Shown here in pieces: positions 22,728-35,850 of a DNA stretch of 40,730 nt; the stretch's first letter is position 1, and each line of letters begins with the position of its first letter. Source of the DNA: Octopus bimaculoides. Lineage: Eukaryota. Location of the stretch: positions 28,638,078 through 28,678,807 of the forward strand of contig NC_069002.1 of the NCBI RefSeq assembly GCF_001194135.2, written 5' to 3'. The notes beneath the pieces are model-generated. The model made no database searches. It was not told the DNA's origin and saw nothing but the letters and a program-made list of their open reading frames with translations. A program made the translations under genes and the position numbers.

Positions 22728-23552
22728 TCACAACGTATAAGTGGCTGTCCGAAAATTTGCTTACGTCGTTTCGAGTTAGGATTTTTATGACTTAACGTCT
22801 GTTTTTTTTTTTAATAGGAATTAATTGATAAAAATAAGTTTCACCACGCCAATCTCAATCATATTTAGAAGCAAAGAAATTAATAAAAAAAGAAACTTAA
22901 ACCAATATGGAAAATTAAATAAAATACATCTAAAATATGTACAAGCCATTTATTAAAACAGATATTAACTAATAAAGTTTTTTAAATGTTTTATTTGTGT
23001 CAAGTTGTCTTTCGAGTTAAGTCGTATGTGTTGGAACCAACTACAGACACAAGCTGAGGTATGTATAATTTTGAACCAGGGTATCGTTGCAAAAACTGTA
23101 CAGTGCAATCCGTTGAAAGGAAATGACAGAATACTAGTAGGTATGATGCTCCTGTCAAGACTTTTATAAGATGCAAACCTTACAAATGAGACATAAGATC
23201 TAAGACAGAGAAAAGAAATTGTAGACAAGAGTGGAAGTCAGTTGGTTAGCAGATGTTAACTGCATGTTAAACATTACCGAGAGAAATAGGAAACTTTAAT
23301 GGCGTACAAATGTGAAGTCTGAAGTTAACTCTACTCGATGTAATTTGAGATGTAATGGAGTATCTGGATACGTGACTAACTGCCTTTGCACTGTTCCTCA
23401 TAGGATGGGCCCCACAAAACCAGAAAGGGCACGGCTAATTAGTAAATTACTATTGCAAACTATTAAAGGTAACTGAAAATAGGTAAAACGAACCGAAGTA
23501 TAACTTCTAATAAGTATATAAATATAAAAGTAGATATGCAACCATATGTATG

Positions 23553-23705
23553 TGTGTATGCATGTGTGCATGCGTGCGAGTGTGTGTGTGCATGCGTGCG
23601 AGTGTGTGTGCATGCGTGCGAGTGTGTGTGCATGCGTGCGAGTGTGCGTGCGTGCGAGTGTGCATGCGTGCGAGTGTGCGTGCGTGCGAGTGTGTGCATG
23701 CATCT
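23553..23705. repeat. Minisatellite of ~14-20-bp units (GTGTGCATGCGTGCGA)n
   Basis: About 8 imperfect tandem units. Confidence 0.9.
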
Positions 23706-23857
23706 ATGTATAGAGTGTGTATATGTATATATAGCAAAACTATACACGTCCTTATATGCTATAACATTCACCTCCGGAGACATGCATGCTTACTTATAAA
23801 CAGAGGAATCTTGTCATACGTCAAAACACTCGCGCGCGCACACACATACAAACACAC

Positions 23858-24005
23858 ACCATCATCACCCTTTAACACCCGTTTCCATGTTGGAATGGGT
23901 TGGATGGTAAGCTGGTGAGCTGCACTAGGTTCCGTTGATTTGGCATGCTTTCTACAGCTGGATACCCTCCCTAACACCAACCACTTTACAGAGTTTGCTG
24001 GGTGC
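23858..24005 (-). mobile_element. Retroposon family E 3' end
   Basis: CATCATCACCCTTTAACACCCGTTTCCATG...CTGGATACCCTCCCTAACACCAACCAC, a GGATGCCCTTCC-type tail. Shares sequence with 9230-9278. Confidence 0.55.
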
Positions 24006-25861
24006 TTTTAACAAGACATCAACTCGATTTAACTTGATTCTGGGTTAAAAACCGATTCTTTCTCTCTCCTGGTGAGAAACCTGAAAACGAAATCAGAACA
24101 TATACATACAAGCAGACAAACAGGCTGACAAGTCGACAGATATATAGATATGGCCAGCAGACACTCGTTCACACAAATACAGATGTGTGTGTATGCGTGC
24201 GAGTGTGTGTAGATTAAATAAATGTAATACGAAGAAGATTATGAGGGAGATGGTGGGGAGAGAAGCAATTTAATATTTGAAATTCGAAAAATAGAATACA
24301 TAGAGAAAAATAAAAGCATAGAAATACGAAACGGAAGAATAATAACCAAAATAAATCTATACAATAAATGCCTGTTTATCAATCTTTCTCTCGTTCCACA
24401 TACGCACATATATATAAAAGTGCTCACCTCACTGTTGTATTTACGACTTCATAGACCCACTTATACGTATTCGAACGAAAACGATACGTACAACCCCTAC
24501 ATTCGGACATACCATGATCTGGGTAGCAGACATTTGTTATTTACTCATTGATTGCCGCGAGTTCTAAGTGGAACGCTAACGATGTCACGCTAACATTAAT
24601 TCTCCATATTGACTGAACGACGTCTCTTCTTTAAATTTTTATAAATTTACGGCTGTAAATTCGATTTAAATTGCTTTCGGCTACCTTATTTAAAACAGCA
24701 ACAATCCAGACAACTACCAATTCTTTGAAGAAAAATGTTACATGCTTTTCTATTTACAGAATATGGTTTTGAAATTTTTATTTCTTTAATATATTTCTTG
24801 TTGGAATAATGTAGTTTAAAAGAAATATTTTTAATATTTTATAATAGCACAAAAGAATTGTTGTTGCTATACTAGAAATAACATTTTATTCTACGTTTAA
24901 GGAAATATTGTTGCGATAAAAACGGATGCTCTATAATTTATTTTCTTTGTGAACACTTTCTATAGATGACTGTTCAAAATATTTGTGGAAAACTAAGTGT
25001 TCGTTTTATCATTCCATTGCATTCACACAATCCGGTTTATCTGACATTTTCGAATATAAGAGAAATTAATATTTATAAAGATTCAGTGTGAAAAATGTCT
25101 GAAGATAAGTGCTGTACAGTTTAGTTACTTTTCTTAATTTAAATCAAGTTTTTTTTTTATATATTTATATCGAAGATACTCATGGAGGATATCACAAAGT
25201 ACACAACTTCCTGATTTTTTTTAACGCCGAAGAAAATATATAAGTAGCATCCGTCAAGAAAATATATAAGTAGCGTCCGCCAAACTGTATTTAAACCTAG
25301 CAGGGAATGTTAAGCCAGTAAGTTGCATTCTTCCGTGTTCACATCTTATACAGAAAGAAGAACGAGTGAAGACTTACTTAAAGCTATTCAGGTCACTTAA
25401 ATGGAGATTTTCGTCTCAAAAGAGAGTAATGCTTCACGGTAAGCAATGGTGATAGTTTCTGTCAACCATATTAGATATTTTTCAGCATGAGAAGAGCAAA
25501 GTGTTTCCTGTCTGTCTGTCTCGGTTTTATTTTTATTTTAGATAGAGAAGACAGCTCCCCGCGTGATCCTTTTCAAAGCCTCCAAGAAGGGAGGGAAGAA
25601 TAAAGGTATCTTCAAACTGGATACCTGATCCGAACGTTTGCAACAGAATGGATTTCGTTGCAAGCAGCCAAGGTGCAAAGTGGAGGGGCTCAAAGCGAAG
25701 GGGCAGAGTCTTCCATACGGTTCTTGTAGATATGTTCACTGCTCTATCTTTATTCTTTCAACCCTCTGTCCCATTCCTCATCTCATCACTGACCATTAAA
25801 CATTTCACCACTAGACGTGTGTCTAGATAAGTTTTGTCTCTGCAATTCCAACCATTTTTTT

Positions 25862-26076
25862 GTTTCTTATTTCTTTATTGCCCACAAGGGGCTAAACATA
25901 GAGGGGACAAACAAGGACAGACAGAGGAATTAAGCCGATTACATCGACCCCAGTGCGTAACTGGTACTTTATCGACCCCGAAAGGATGAAAGGCAAAGTC
26001 AACCTCGGCGGAATTTGAACTCAGAACGTAACGGCAGACGAAATACCGCTAACGTTTCTGCCAGCTCGCCGCCTTC
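25862..26076 (-). mobile_element. SINE D, young copy with an alternative 3' tail
   Basis: Core is near consensus (ATCGACCCCGAAAGGATGAAAGGCAAAGTC). The tail TCTGTCTGTCCTTGTTTGTCCCCTC differs from other D copies. Confidence 0.85.
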
Positions 26077-26330
26077 ACAATTCTTGTTTCTTGACCATTC
26101 TTTGTTTCTTGACATTTTTTAACCTTCCTACATAATACAAATTCGTTTGATTACATTGAGGGACACCGTATTTCGTTATGCATCCAGAATGTACCATCAA
26201 ATACATTAGATGCTCACAAGTTAATACTGTGCCCCACTTGTGTTTGCAGTGCGATTAAATCACTTCTTAAAGTTACTTCAGTGCCGGCTAAAATTTCTAT
26301 AAAACAAATCTGTATTAAGTTCCTTTAAAA

Positions 26331-26607
26331 CAGAGGTTTTCAAACTTTTTGACTTGCGGACCCCTTTATATTTCAGGCTTTACCTTAGGGACACCCTTAT
26401 AAACGCTCATGAAATTTATACATAAATATTTACTTAAAATAACATATTTTTACATTTATTTATTTATCAGTATTTAACAAATAGGTTTATTGTCAATTAA
26501 AAGATTTCGATTAAAAAACATATATAAAATCAAATTACCCATAAAAAGTATTTGCTGTCCACGGACCCCCTGTCTTGTACCTGCGGACCACAGTTTGAAA
26601 ACCCCTG
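26331..26607. mobile_element. hAT-superfamily MITE, complete
   Basis: TIRs CAGAGGTTTTCAAACT and AGTTTGAAAACCCCTG match 15/16. A perfect 8-bp TSD CTTTAAAA lies at 26323-26330 and 26608-26615. Confidence 0.93.
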
Positions 26608-27257
26608 CTTTAAAAAACAAATTCTATGTCCAACTGCCAGGTCTTCCGCACTTCTCACTGTTTTGCTATTACGTTTATGCTATTGTACATTTGTATTTTC
26701 TTCTATCAACACCTTTGCCGCCTTCTTTGCGTATCTCCGACTTCATGCAGCCTAACACTACCATCCTCTTCCCCATTTTCACTGAGCATGCCTTTGCTAC
26801 AAACTGATTGCTCCTCACACCTCAACTCCAATCGCTCAGCTCCCACACTACTCACACTCGTTTTACACCCCTCTCTCGATTTCTACCCCTTCCTCATCAC
26901 TCAAGTTCTCCCATTTCACATTCCTAATTTTGAAGGTGTAGAATTAACGTCTACTTTCGTTTTATTTCCCAAGGAAGTGGCGGGCCTTAAACACCCCACA
27001 GCAAATATACTCACAGAAATTTGTTTTGCTACTATAAACTTTTTATCAATCCCATAATCTTGCAATTAGCCTAAACCAGAACCAAGGAATGGTTGAATAG
27101 TTTAAACTCGGTGAAATGGAGGAATTTTCTAATAGTCTTTTTTGGGGTGCAACCCTAAATATACGTTTCTGAGTGAAAAATGCGCGTGCGTACGTGCGTG
27201 AATTTGCATATAAGTATACACATATAAACACATGCCTATTTATAAATACTCATAGGC

Positions 27258-27302
<45 letters not shown>

Positions 27303-28199
27303 NNNNNNNNNNNNNNNNNNNNNNNNNNNNNNNNNNNNNNNNNNNNNNNNNNNNNNNNNNNNNNNNNNNNNNNNNNNNNNNNNNNNNNNNNNNNNNNNNN
27401 NNNNNNNNNNNNNNNNNNNNNNNNNNNNNNNNNNNNNNNNNNNNNNNNNNNNNNNNNNNNNNNNNNNNNNNNNNNNNNNNNNNNNNNNNNNNNNNNNNNN
27501 NNNNNNNNNNNNNNNNNNNNNNNNNNNNNNNNNNNNNNNNNNNNNNNNNNNNNNNNNNNNNNNNNNNNNNNNNNNNNNNNNNNNNNNNNNNNNNNNNNNN
27601 NNNNNNNNNNNNNNNNNNNNNNNNNNNNNNNNNNNNNNNNNNNNNNNNNNNNNNNNNNNNNNNNNNNNNNNNNNNNNNNNNNNNNNNNNNNNNNNNNNNN
27701 NNNNNNNNNNNNNNNNNNNNNNNNNNNNNNNNNNNNNNNNNNNNNNNNNNNNNNNNNNNNNNNNNNNNNNNNNNNNNNNNNNNNNNNNNNNNNNNNNNNN
27801 NNNNNNNNNNNNNNNNNNNNNNNNNNNNNNNNNNNNNNNNNNNNNNNNNNNNNNNNNNNNNNNNNNNNNNNNNNNNNNNNNNNNNNNNNNNNNNNNNNNN
27901 NNNNNNNNNNNNNNNNNNNNNNNNNNNNNNNNNNNNNNNNNNNNNNNNNNNNNNNNNNNNNNNNNNNNNNNNNNNNNNNNGGAGGAAAGGAGGAAGAAGA
28001 CCATACCCCCACCGCAACTTAATCTAAGATTTATTCACCCCACCCCTCTCACGGAGGTTTGGACGCTGCAGATATAACAAGAGATTTTTACCTTTGTTTT
28101 TTTTTTTAATTTCTCACCTGATCGTTGAAACTTTTCAAAAAATATTTAATTCTATTTTTTCCTCATGTCCCCATATTTTTCTCCGTATTCCTTGTTTTT

Positions 28200-28740
28200 A
28201 TTGCCGATCGGAGTCCACTATATATGAAACCATTATCCCATCTTACCTAGGACGCATGTACACCAAGTTATATACACCTCAAATATGGAGGCTTACAAAT
28301 CTGCTGCAGAAATATTTTTATCTTCAATTTTTATTTCCTTTGAAACACACACACACAAAAAAAAAAGAAATAGCAAGTGAGGAGGCAACTGAGAACTGTC
28401 TCCTAGAAATAGTGAACAACGTAACCTTCTTCACTAGAGGAAGAAGGTACGAACAGTAGAAGTGCGTTTTGCAGCCATAGAGGAGGCTAAAAAGCACTCC
28501 ACGACACTACTTTGATCGGAAGAATGGGTGCTTCTGCCAACATATCTCGGCAAGCGTGTTTACGAGAGTCAGGATTAGCAGGGTGCCTCTCGAGATATAA
28601 GAAATGTGGCTTATAGCTGCAATTTTAGCTGAGACAGAGGTAAGTCCAGTAATACTACAAGTGACAAGAACCAAGCAACTGAACCTGTGGGGCTACGGAT
28701 TGGAAGTGACAAGGAAACGAAAATTGAAGGAAACCGAACG
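28200..28740 (+). pseudogene. Possible decayed LINE ORF1-like (gag-like) fragment
   Basis: Stitched frames give TENCLLEIVNNVTFFTRGRRY, VEVRFAAIEEAKKHST, LLPTYLGKR, TRVRISRVPLEI and ILQVTRTKQLNLWGYGLEV. The resemblance to Tx1/L1 ORF1 is impressionistic only. Confidence 0.35.
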
Positions 28741-28864
28741 AAAACAAATATGGAGGGTCGTTAGGCCAGAACGAGGGTAAAATAGCGACCACGGAATCGA
28801 AATAAATACAGTAAAGCAAAGCATTGTAAAACAAACTATGACTGTCAATTCACCTTTATCGCGT

Positions 28865-29050
28865 GCGTAGCTTTTATCTTATTTCAGTCGTTAGACTGAG
28901 GCCATGCTGGATCATCGCTTTGCAGAACTTTTTTTAGAGCCTTATGCTAATTTTATAGGTCTGTTTTGACGAACCGCTAATTTACAGAGATGTAAACGCA
29001 CCAGTACCGATTGTCAAGTGGTGGTGGGGGACAAACACAGACAATGATAC
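28865..29050 (-). mobile_element. SINE family A 3' half
   Basis: TTTCAGTCGTTAGACTGAGGCCATGCTGG...GGGGACAAACACAGAC. Confidence 0.75.
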
Positions 29051-29054
29051 ACAC

Positions 29055-29366
29055 AGGCGTAGGAGTGGCTGTGTGGTAAGTAGCTTGCTTACCAACCACA
29101 TGGTCCCGGGTTCAGTCCCACTGCGTGGCATCTTGGGCAAGTGTCTTCTACTATAGCCTCAGGCCGACCAAAGCCTTGTGAGTGGATTTGGTAGACGGAA
29201 ACTGAAAGAAGCCCGTCGTATATATGTATATGTATGTGTGCGTGTTTATGTCTGTGTTTGTCCCCCCAACATCGCTTGACAACCGACGCTGGTGTGTTTA
29301 TGTCCCCGTAACTTAGCGCTTCGGAAAAAAGAGACCGATAGAATAAGTACTAGGCTTCCAAAGAAT
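29055..29366 (+). mobile_element. SINE family A, near-consensus (young), tail in gap
   Basis: GGCGTAGGAGTGGCTGTGTGGTAAG A box, GGTTCAGTCCC B box, core and internal microsatellite. Confidence 0.92.
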
Positions 29367-29766
29367 NNNNNNNNNNNNNNNNNNNNNNNNNNNNNNNNNN
29401 NNNNNNNNNNNNNNNNNNNNNNNNNNNNNNNNNNNNNNNNNNNNNNNNNNNNNNNNNNNNNNNNNNNNNNNNNNNNNNNNNNNNNNNNNNNNNNNNNNNN
29501 NNNNNNNNNNNNNNNNNNNNNNNNNNNNNNNNNNNNNNNNNNNNNNNNNNNNNNNNNNNNNNNNNNNNNNNNNNNNNNNNNNNNNNNNNNNNNNNNNNNN
29601 NNNNNNNNNNNNNNNNNNNNNNNNNNNNNNNNNNNNNNNNNNNNNNNNNNNNNNNNNNNNNNNNNNNNNNNNNNNNNNNNNNNNNNNNNNNNNNNNNNNN
29701 NNNNNNNNNNNNNNNNNNNNNNNNNNNNNNNNNNNNNNNNNNNNNNNNNNNNNNNNNNNNNNNNNN

Positions 29767-29808
<42 letters not shown>

Positions 29809-30914
29809 TTGGGAGTGTCATGCTACCAATACATACATACACTAAATTTTTACTATCAATGAATTAGATAATTGCTCTATTAATTAGTAAATTCAATAAT
29901 TAATTGGTTTGGCAAATTCTTTTGTCACATCCAATGACGTTATCTTCAAAAACCAATTAAATAATTAATTTACGAATTAACTAATCGAGTGATAATAAAA
30001 CTCCAAGCTAGAGCTTCACACCAACGCTTCTCGAGATACCTTTTTCATACATTTTTCAGACAAACAATTGATTTGCCCTTCTTAATTTTGCTCTTCATCC
30101 GAAAACCACTTTTGTTAATCAGAAAAGTGTAACTTAGATGCTGTATTGCTACACGTTAACCTCCATAAAGCAAAGATGTAACTATCATAAAAATAACACT
30201 ATATCAATCCCCACTATAAATGGTACTTGAGCCCGCTTGCATTTGGAAAGAATCCTTTAAGAGTGATTTGTTCTCATGCCTTCACTTCAACATAAACACT
30301 TGTCTTTTGTTGGGCATCTAAAATGAATGCATTTTGTTTTGTACTCCTCGGTATGTACAATAGCTATTTTTATATCTTTAACATAAGATACTGCGATTAT
30401 AGTTAATTCCGTTATCCTTCAAATTCCAGATATTCTATGAGCATGGGCTAGAATTACTTTCGTTTCTCGTTCTGGAAACGTTGATATTTTCTGCATATCC
30501 GCTAATAAGTATATTTTTGTTTACAACACCCTTCTCAGAATGCGTTGGCGTGAACTTGTTTTGTAGAGGTTTGATTACCCAAAACTGAATTGATGCCAGC
30601 AAATGTACATTTCTGTATATTATTTAGCGATTAGCAAGCAGTTTGGCAAATTAAAGCAAGGCAAAATATCCGCTAAATACGCTGAAATGAACAGAAGCAA
30701 ATATCTCTCTCAGTTTATCCGACATTAATCTTTCAATGTTTCCCGCATTAAATATAGCTTTGATTGCATAACCACCGTCTTATTATTCCATTTGAGTTGT
30801 GTAATTCTTGGAGGAAGCTGAATATTTACATTTTGTCATAATTTTGTTCCAGTAAAGACAAACAATGGAAAATGGATTTGTTCCTCTGCGAAATCCTCCC
30901 TGCTTCATAGACTC

Positions 30915-31099
30915 TTTACTCTCTTTTACTTGTTTCAGTCATTTGACTGTGTCCATGCTGGAGAAACGCCTTTACTCGAGCAAATCGACCCCCAGGGTTT
31001 ATTCTTTGTTAGCCTAGTACTTATTCTATCGGTCTCTTTTGCCGAACCACTAATGTTACGGGGACGTAAGTACACCAGCATCGGTTGTCAAGCGATGTT

Positions 31100-31174
<75 letters not shown>

Positions 31175-31335
31175 CGACGGGCTTCTTTCAGTTTCCGTCT
31201 ACCAAATCCACTCACAAGGCTTTGGTCGGCCCGATGCTATAGTAGAAGACACTTGTCCAAAGTACCACGCAGTGGGACTGAACCCGGAACCATGTGGTTC
31301 GTAAGCAAGATACTCACCACACAGCCACTCCTAAG
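30915..31335 (-). mobile_element. SINE family A, full length
   Basis: All modules are present, with internal (CA)n at ~31102-31165. Confidence 0.92.
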
Positions 31336-31950
31336 CATATATTAACATATTGTGTAAGTGACGTAGCATACATTAAATGTCCTTAACCCGAGTACTCTGA
31401 CTATCTTTACAGTACTCTATAAAGCCTGAGGTGTACTTAAATACACGCGAAGAGAGATAAGCCAAAGCAGTATAATTTTAATTTATCTGAGTGGAATATT
31501 TTGTCACAATGTTTACACCCAGTCAACATATAATCGACTTAATACCGATTAAACAAACGAAAATACTGAACAAAAATATGCACGTATACAAAATACATTT
31601 ACCATCTAATTGTTTCACTAAACTAAAGCCATTGTGGAACTAAAAATAGTTACTCGTTTTTGTCACAAAACAACTTGTTGACATCACGAGCGGTTTGTGT
31701 ATGTCTCGTCCAGGAATGGCTAATGAAACAAAGCGGTTGCCTAACAGATCACCGAAAAATAACTACCATTGAAATTAGTGAACATGCTTTCAGAGAACTA
31801 TTGCGAATGAGATATAAGTTAAGACGGTTAAATGCTACTAATTATATATATATATATATATATATTGTAAACAGATGCGAATGGATCTAAGTGAGATATC
31901 TAATCCCTGAGAGCTATTCCATCTCAATAAGTAGTCAGTTCTATGAATTT

Positions 31951-32280
31951 ATGGCTCAGTGGTGAGAGCGTCGAGCTCACAATCATGAAGTAGTGAGTTC
32001 GATTCCCGAACCGGCTGTTGTGTTCTTGAGCAAGACTATTTCATGTTGTAGAAATAACGTTCGCTCAGCTGTAGAAATGAGTTGTGACGTCATTGGTGCC
32101 AAGCTGTATTGGCCTTTGCCTTGGGTAACATCGAAGGCGGGAAGAGGGGAGGCTGATATGCATGGACGACTGCTGGTCTTCCATAAACAACCTTGCCCGG
32201 ACTTGTGGCTCGGAGGGGAACTTTCTAGGTGCAATCCCATGGCCATTCAAGACCGAAAGAGAGTTTACTCTTTACCCTTT
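31951..32280 (+). mobile_element. tRNA-derived SINE family C
   Basis: TGGCTCAGTGG A box, GTTCGATTCCC B box, CTTGAGCAAGAC core, and tail CTAGGTGCAATCCCATGG...TTTACCC. Confidence 0.85.
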
Positions 32281-32451
32281 TTTACATTAAATAAATGGGA
32301 AGAACAGAACTAAAATATACATGTGGAAAATATGGGATATTTACAATTTGTCATGTAGAACCGCCTGTTTCGGTGATTATTCAACTCTTCAGCCTGAGCT
32401 GAACTACAAGCTACACGTTGAGACACAGCATAAAATAGTTATTGTCACACA

Positions 32452-32504
<53 letters not shown>

Positions 32505-32934
32505 CCTATTTATTAAACAATTTGTGGTATTATCCCTCCGACCATATTTGTCAGAACGGGTTCCATTTTCACATATGTATCTAAACCCTACATTTAAATC
32601 TCCCGTGTTAGTGGTCTTTTTGCCATGCAACTGATTTCTCTGGATGTATTTTTACCTTGAAGAGTTCAAGTCTAGATCAATTTTTTTGTTCATTTACACC
32701 GTTTCCGATGTTAATTCGTTCGAAACTATAACCAACGAAATGTGGCGTTGTGCTTGCGAGGTAGCAACCCAATTAATTATTGCCGCCTCGTCTGTAGAAG
32801 CCATTTCATGAAATATGCTTTGCAGAAACAGAACCTGTCCCAGCGCTAAATAGTTATTTTCATGAGTGTTTGTTTGATGTGGTTTTTCCAGTTCCACTCT
32901 AAACTACTTTCATAAAAAGATCTCAACTCCAAAC

Positions 32935-33420
32935 ATCAAAACTACCACCATCACTGCGAGCACTGCAACACTATCTACATCACCACTACCACCATTGTGG
33001 CCACCAGCAACATCATTGCCGCTATTAACATCTTCCTCCTCGTCACCACCACTGCCGCCGCCATCAACATTATCGCCACCACCATCATTATCATTCCATC
33101 ATCACCACCGTCCTCACCACCTTCATCAACATCATTACTACCATCATTCCAATCAACAATAACGTAACTATATCTGCTAATGGCATAATTTCCAAACAAC
33201 ATTGGCCACCACCACCACCACCACCACCACCATCGGTATCACTAGATACATCAGCATCAACATCATCACAACCATCATCATCAACGATGCATGCATATCT
33301 CCACATTTAACAATACATTCTTAACCCCCATCATTACTAACAACAACAACCACCACCATTACAACCACCATTTACAGCATAGAAATCAACCCTCACCACC
33401 GCGATCACCACTTCGAATAA
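32935..33420. repeat. Degenerate (CAC/CAT/CAA)n trinucleotide tract
   Basis: Direct inspection. Confidence 0.9.
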
Positions 33421-33849
33421 CAACAAAATCATTCCCCTCAAACATCCATCTCTAACGCATCCGCCGCCATTTTAGGGCGCTACTAGTTACTCCACAGGCA
33501 ACAACACACCTCTCACAAACATATTTATGGTAGTTATTATGATGTATATATTTACTGCAATCATCGCCTGACTACCATCATATCCTACAATCAAGATTAT
33601 AGAGTAAGAATCAATAGATAGTTGTTAGAAGAGATGTTCTCTGTAATTTTATTCACTATTTTTCTATACAATCACAGCTTAATGGCCTCATTACATTGCA
33701 GTTCTTCTTTATTTTGCTATATTTTTATCTGATATGATTCATAGAAATGTTTTTAAAAGTCTAACGTCTTCTGAAAATTATCTTAGTAGCGAAAATGTTG
33801 AAGAGGGAAAACAGTTTCCTGCATTTTGTCTATTACGTCATATATATGG

Positions 33850-33895
<46 letters not shown>

Positions 33896-33989
33896 TTACA
33901 TACATATTCAAATACATACCTTCTTTCTCGTTCTCTCATATGCACATATATACGAATATAAAGAGTTGTAGATAGACTTAAGCAGATGA

Positions 33990-34244
33990 GTGTGGATGGG
34001 TGTGTGTGTGTGCAGGTGTTTGTGTTATGAATCGTGGTTGTATGTGTGCTGGTGTGTTCGAACGTGTGTACGCGCGGGAGTGTGTGTGTGTGTGTGTTCG
34101 TACACGTGTACTCAAATGTGTATGTGTTCGTACGTGTACTCGTGTGTGTATGTGTGAGTGCGCACGTGCGTGTGTGAGTGCTTGTCTGAGTGAGTAAGTG
34201 AGTGAGTGAGTGAGTGCGTGCGTGAGTGACTGAGTGCGTGAGTG
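33990..34244. repeat. Degenerate (GT)n and (GAGT)n tract
   Basis: Direct inspection; runs into the gap at 34245-34821. Confidence 0.9.
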
Positions 34245-35149
34245 NNNNNNNNNNNNNNNNNNNNNNNNNNNNNNNNNNNNNNNNNNNNNNNNNNNNNNNN
34301 NNNNNNNNNNNNNNNNNNNNNNNNNNNNNNNNNNNNNNNNNNNNNNNNNNNNNNNNNNNNNNNNNNNNNNNNNNNNNNNNNNNNNNNNNNNNNNNNNNNN
34401 NNNNNNNNNNNNNNNNNNNNNNNNNNNNNNNNNNNNNNNNNNNNNNNNNNNNNNNNNNNNNNNNNNNNNNNNNNNNNNNNNNNNNNNNNNNNNNNNNNNN
34501 NNNNNNNNNNNNNNNNNNNNNNNNNNNNNNNNNNNNNNNNNNNNNNNNNNNNNNNNNNNNNNNNNNNNNNNNNNNNNNNNNNNNNNNNNNNNNNNNNNNN
34601 NNNNNNNNNNNNNNNNNNNNNNNNNNNNNNNNNNNNNNNNNNNNNNNNNNNNNNNNNNNNNNNNNNNNNNNNNNNNNNNNNNNNNNNNNNNNNNNNNNNN
34701 NNNNNNNNNNNNNNNNNNNNNNNNNNNNNNNNNNNNNNNNNNNNNNNNNNNNNNNNNNNNNNNNNNNNNNNNNNNNNNNNNNNNNNNNNNNNNNNNNNNN
34801 NNNNNNNNNNNNNNNNNNNNNTAAAGCATCACCTGCCGCTCTATGACATAAATAAAATTTAAAAAGCAGAAAAGTTACATTCCCGATTTAAATAATTACT
34901 CTCCAGTTCACCAATATCAAAGTTTACAAATAGAAACTCAATCAAAACCCTTAAAGTTTAGATATAATTATGCCTGAAGGTGATCGACGTGGCTCTTTGA
35001 CTATGCAGCTTCAAAAGATGGAATACAGCAAGGGGAATCCTACAGGCTCTTTAATACTTAATCTCTTCTACAGCAGTTTGCACACCAGCGTCAGTAAATG
35101 ATTTCACCGTCCATTAAACTTATTGGAAATTATAAACGTGCAGCTATCT

Positions 35150-35545
35150 TTTATCTTTTACTTGTTTTAGACATTGGACCACGGCCGTGATGGAGCACCA
35201 CGGTGAAGAGTTTTAGTTGAACAAGACAAACCCAGTACTTATATATTTTTTTAAGTCTAGTACTTATTCTTTTCTTTTTTATCGTAAACAAACCAACACT
35301 TGTTATTAAGCAGTGACGAGAATATGTAATAAAGACATCTATCTATCTATCTATCTATCTATCTACCTACCTACACACACGACGGGCCTCCACACATTTT
35401 CCGTTTTACCAAAATTTGCTCGTAACACATTTCAGTCCGGAGCTATAGTAGAAGACACTTGCTCAAGGTGCGGCGTAGATGGATTGAGCCCCAAACCATG
35501 TGGCTGCAAAGAGAGCTTCTAAATCACACAGTCATAACTCTGCCC
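35150..35545 (-). mobile_element. SINE family A, diverged, with internal (ATCT)n
   Basis: Tail TTTTACTTGTTTTAG..., GAAGACACTTGCTCAAGG core, and head remnant. Confidence 0.7.
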
Positions 35546-35659
35546 TTTGCGAAATTCAAATTCTTGGTTGCTGCTCTCTTCTTGGTATAAATATCTATTC
35601 ACGAACAGGCAATCATCCTTTTCCAGAGGGCTACTGATGGAGACACGAATGATATATAT

Positions 35660-35850
35660 ATATCAATTTGGAAGCTTGGCACACAAGGCCAGCAATTCCG
35701 GGAGAGAGGGTGAATCAATTACATTGACCTCAGTAATCAACTGGTACTTATTCTATCGACCTCGGCGGAGTTCGACCCTAAAACGTAAAGACGGACGAAA
35801 TACGGTTAAGTATCTTGGCTGGCGTGCTAACGACTGCCAGCTCGCCGCCA
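35660..35850 (-). mobile_element. SINE D with internal deletion
   Basis: GGCACACAAGGCCAGCAATT...AACTGGTACTTATT..ATCGACCTCGGCGGA...GCCAGCTCGCCGCC. Confidence 0.8.

Noticed and set aside
23005-23058. 54-nt candidate exon (LSFELSRMCWNQLQTQAE) ending in GAG|GTATGT
   Set aside because: The acceptor is weak (AAG), no homology is recognised, and no partner exons are evident.
25230-25281. 26-bp tandem duplication (24/26 identical)
   Set aside because: An ordinary local slippage duplication with no further structure.
32935-33420. His/Thr/Pro-rich or Met/Val-rich ORFs
   Set aside because: Degenerate trinucleotide microsatellite with interspersed stops.
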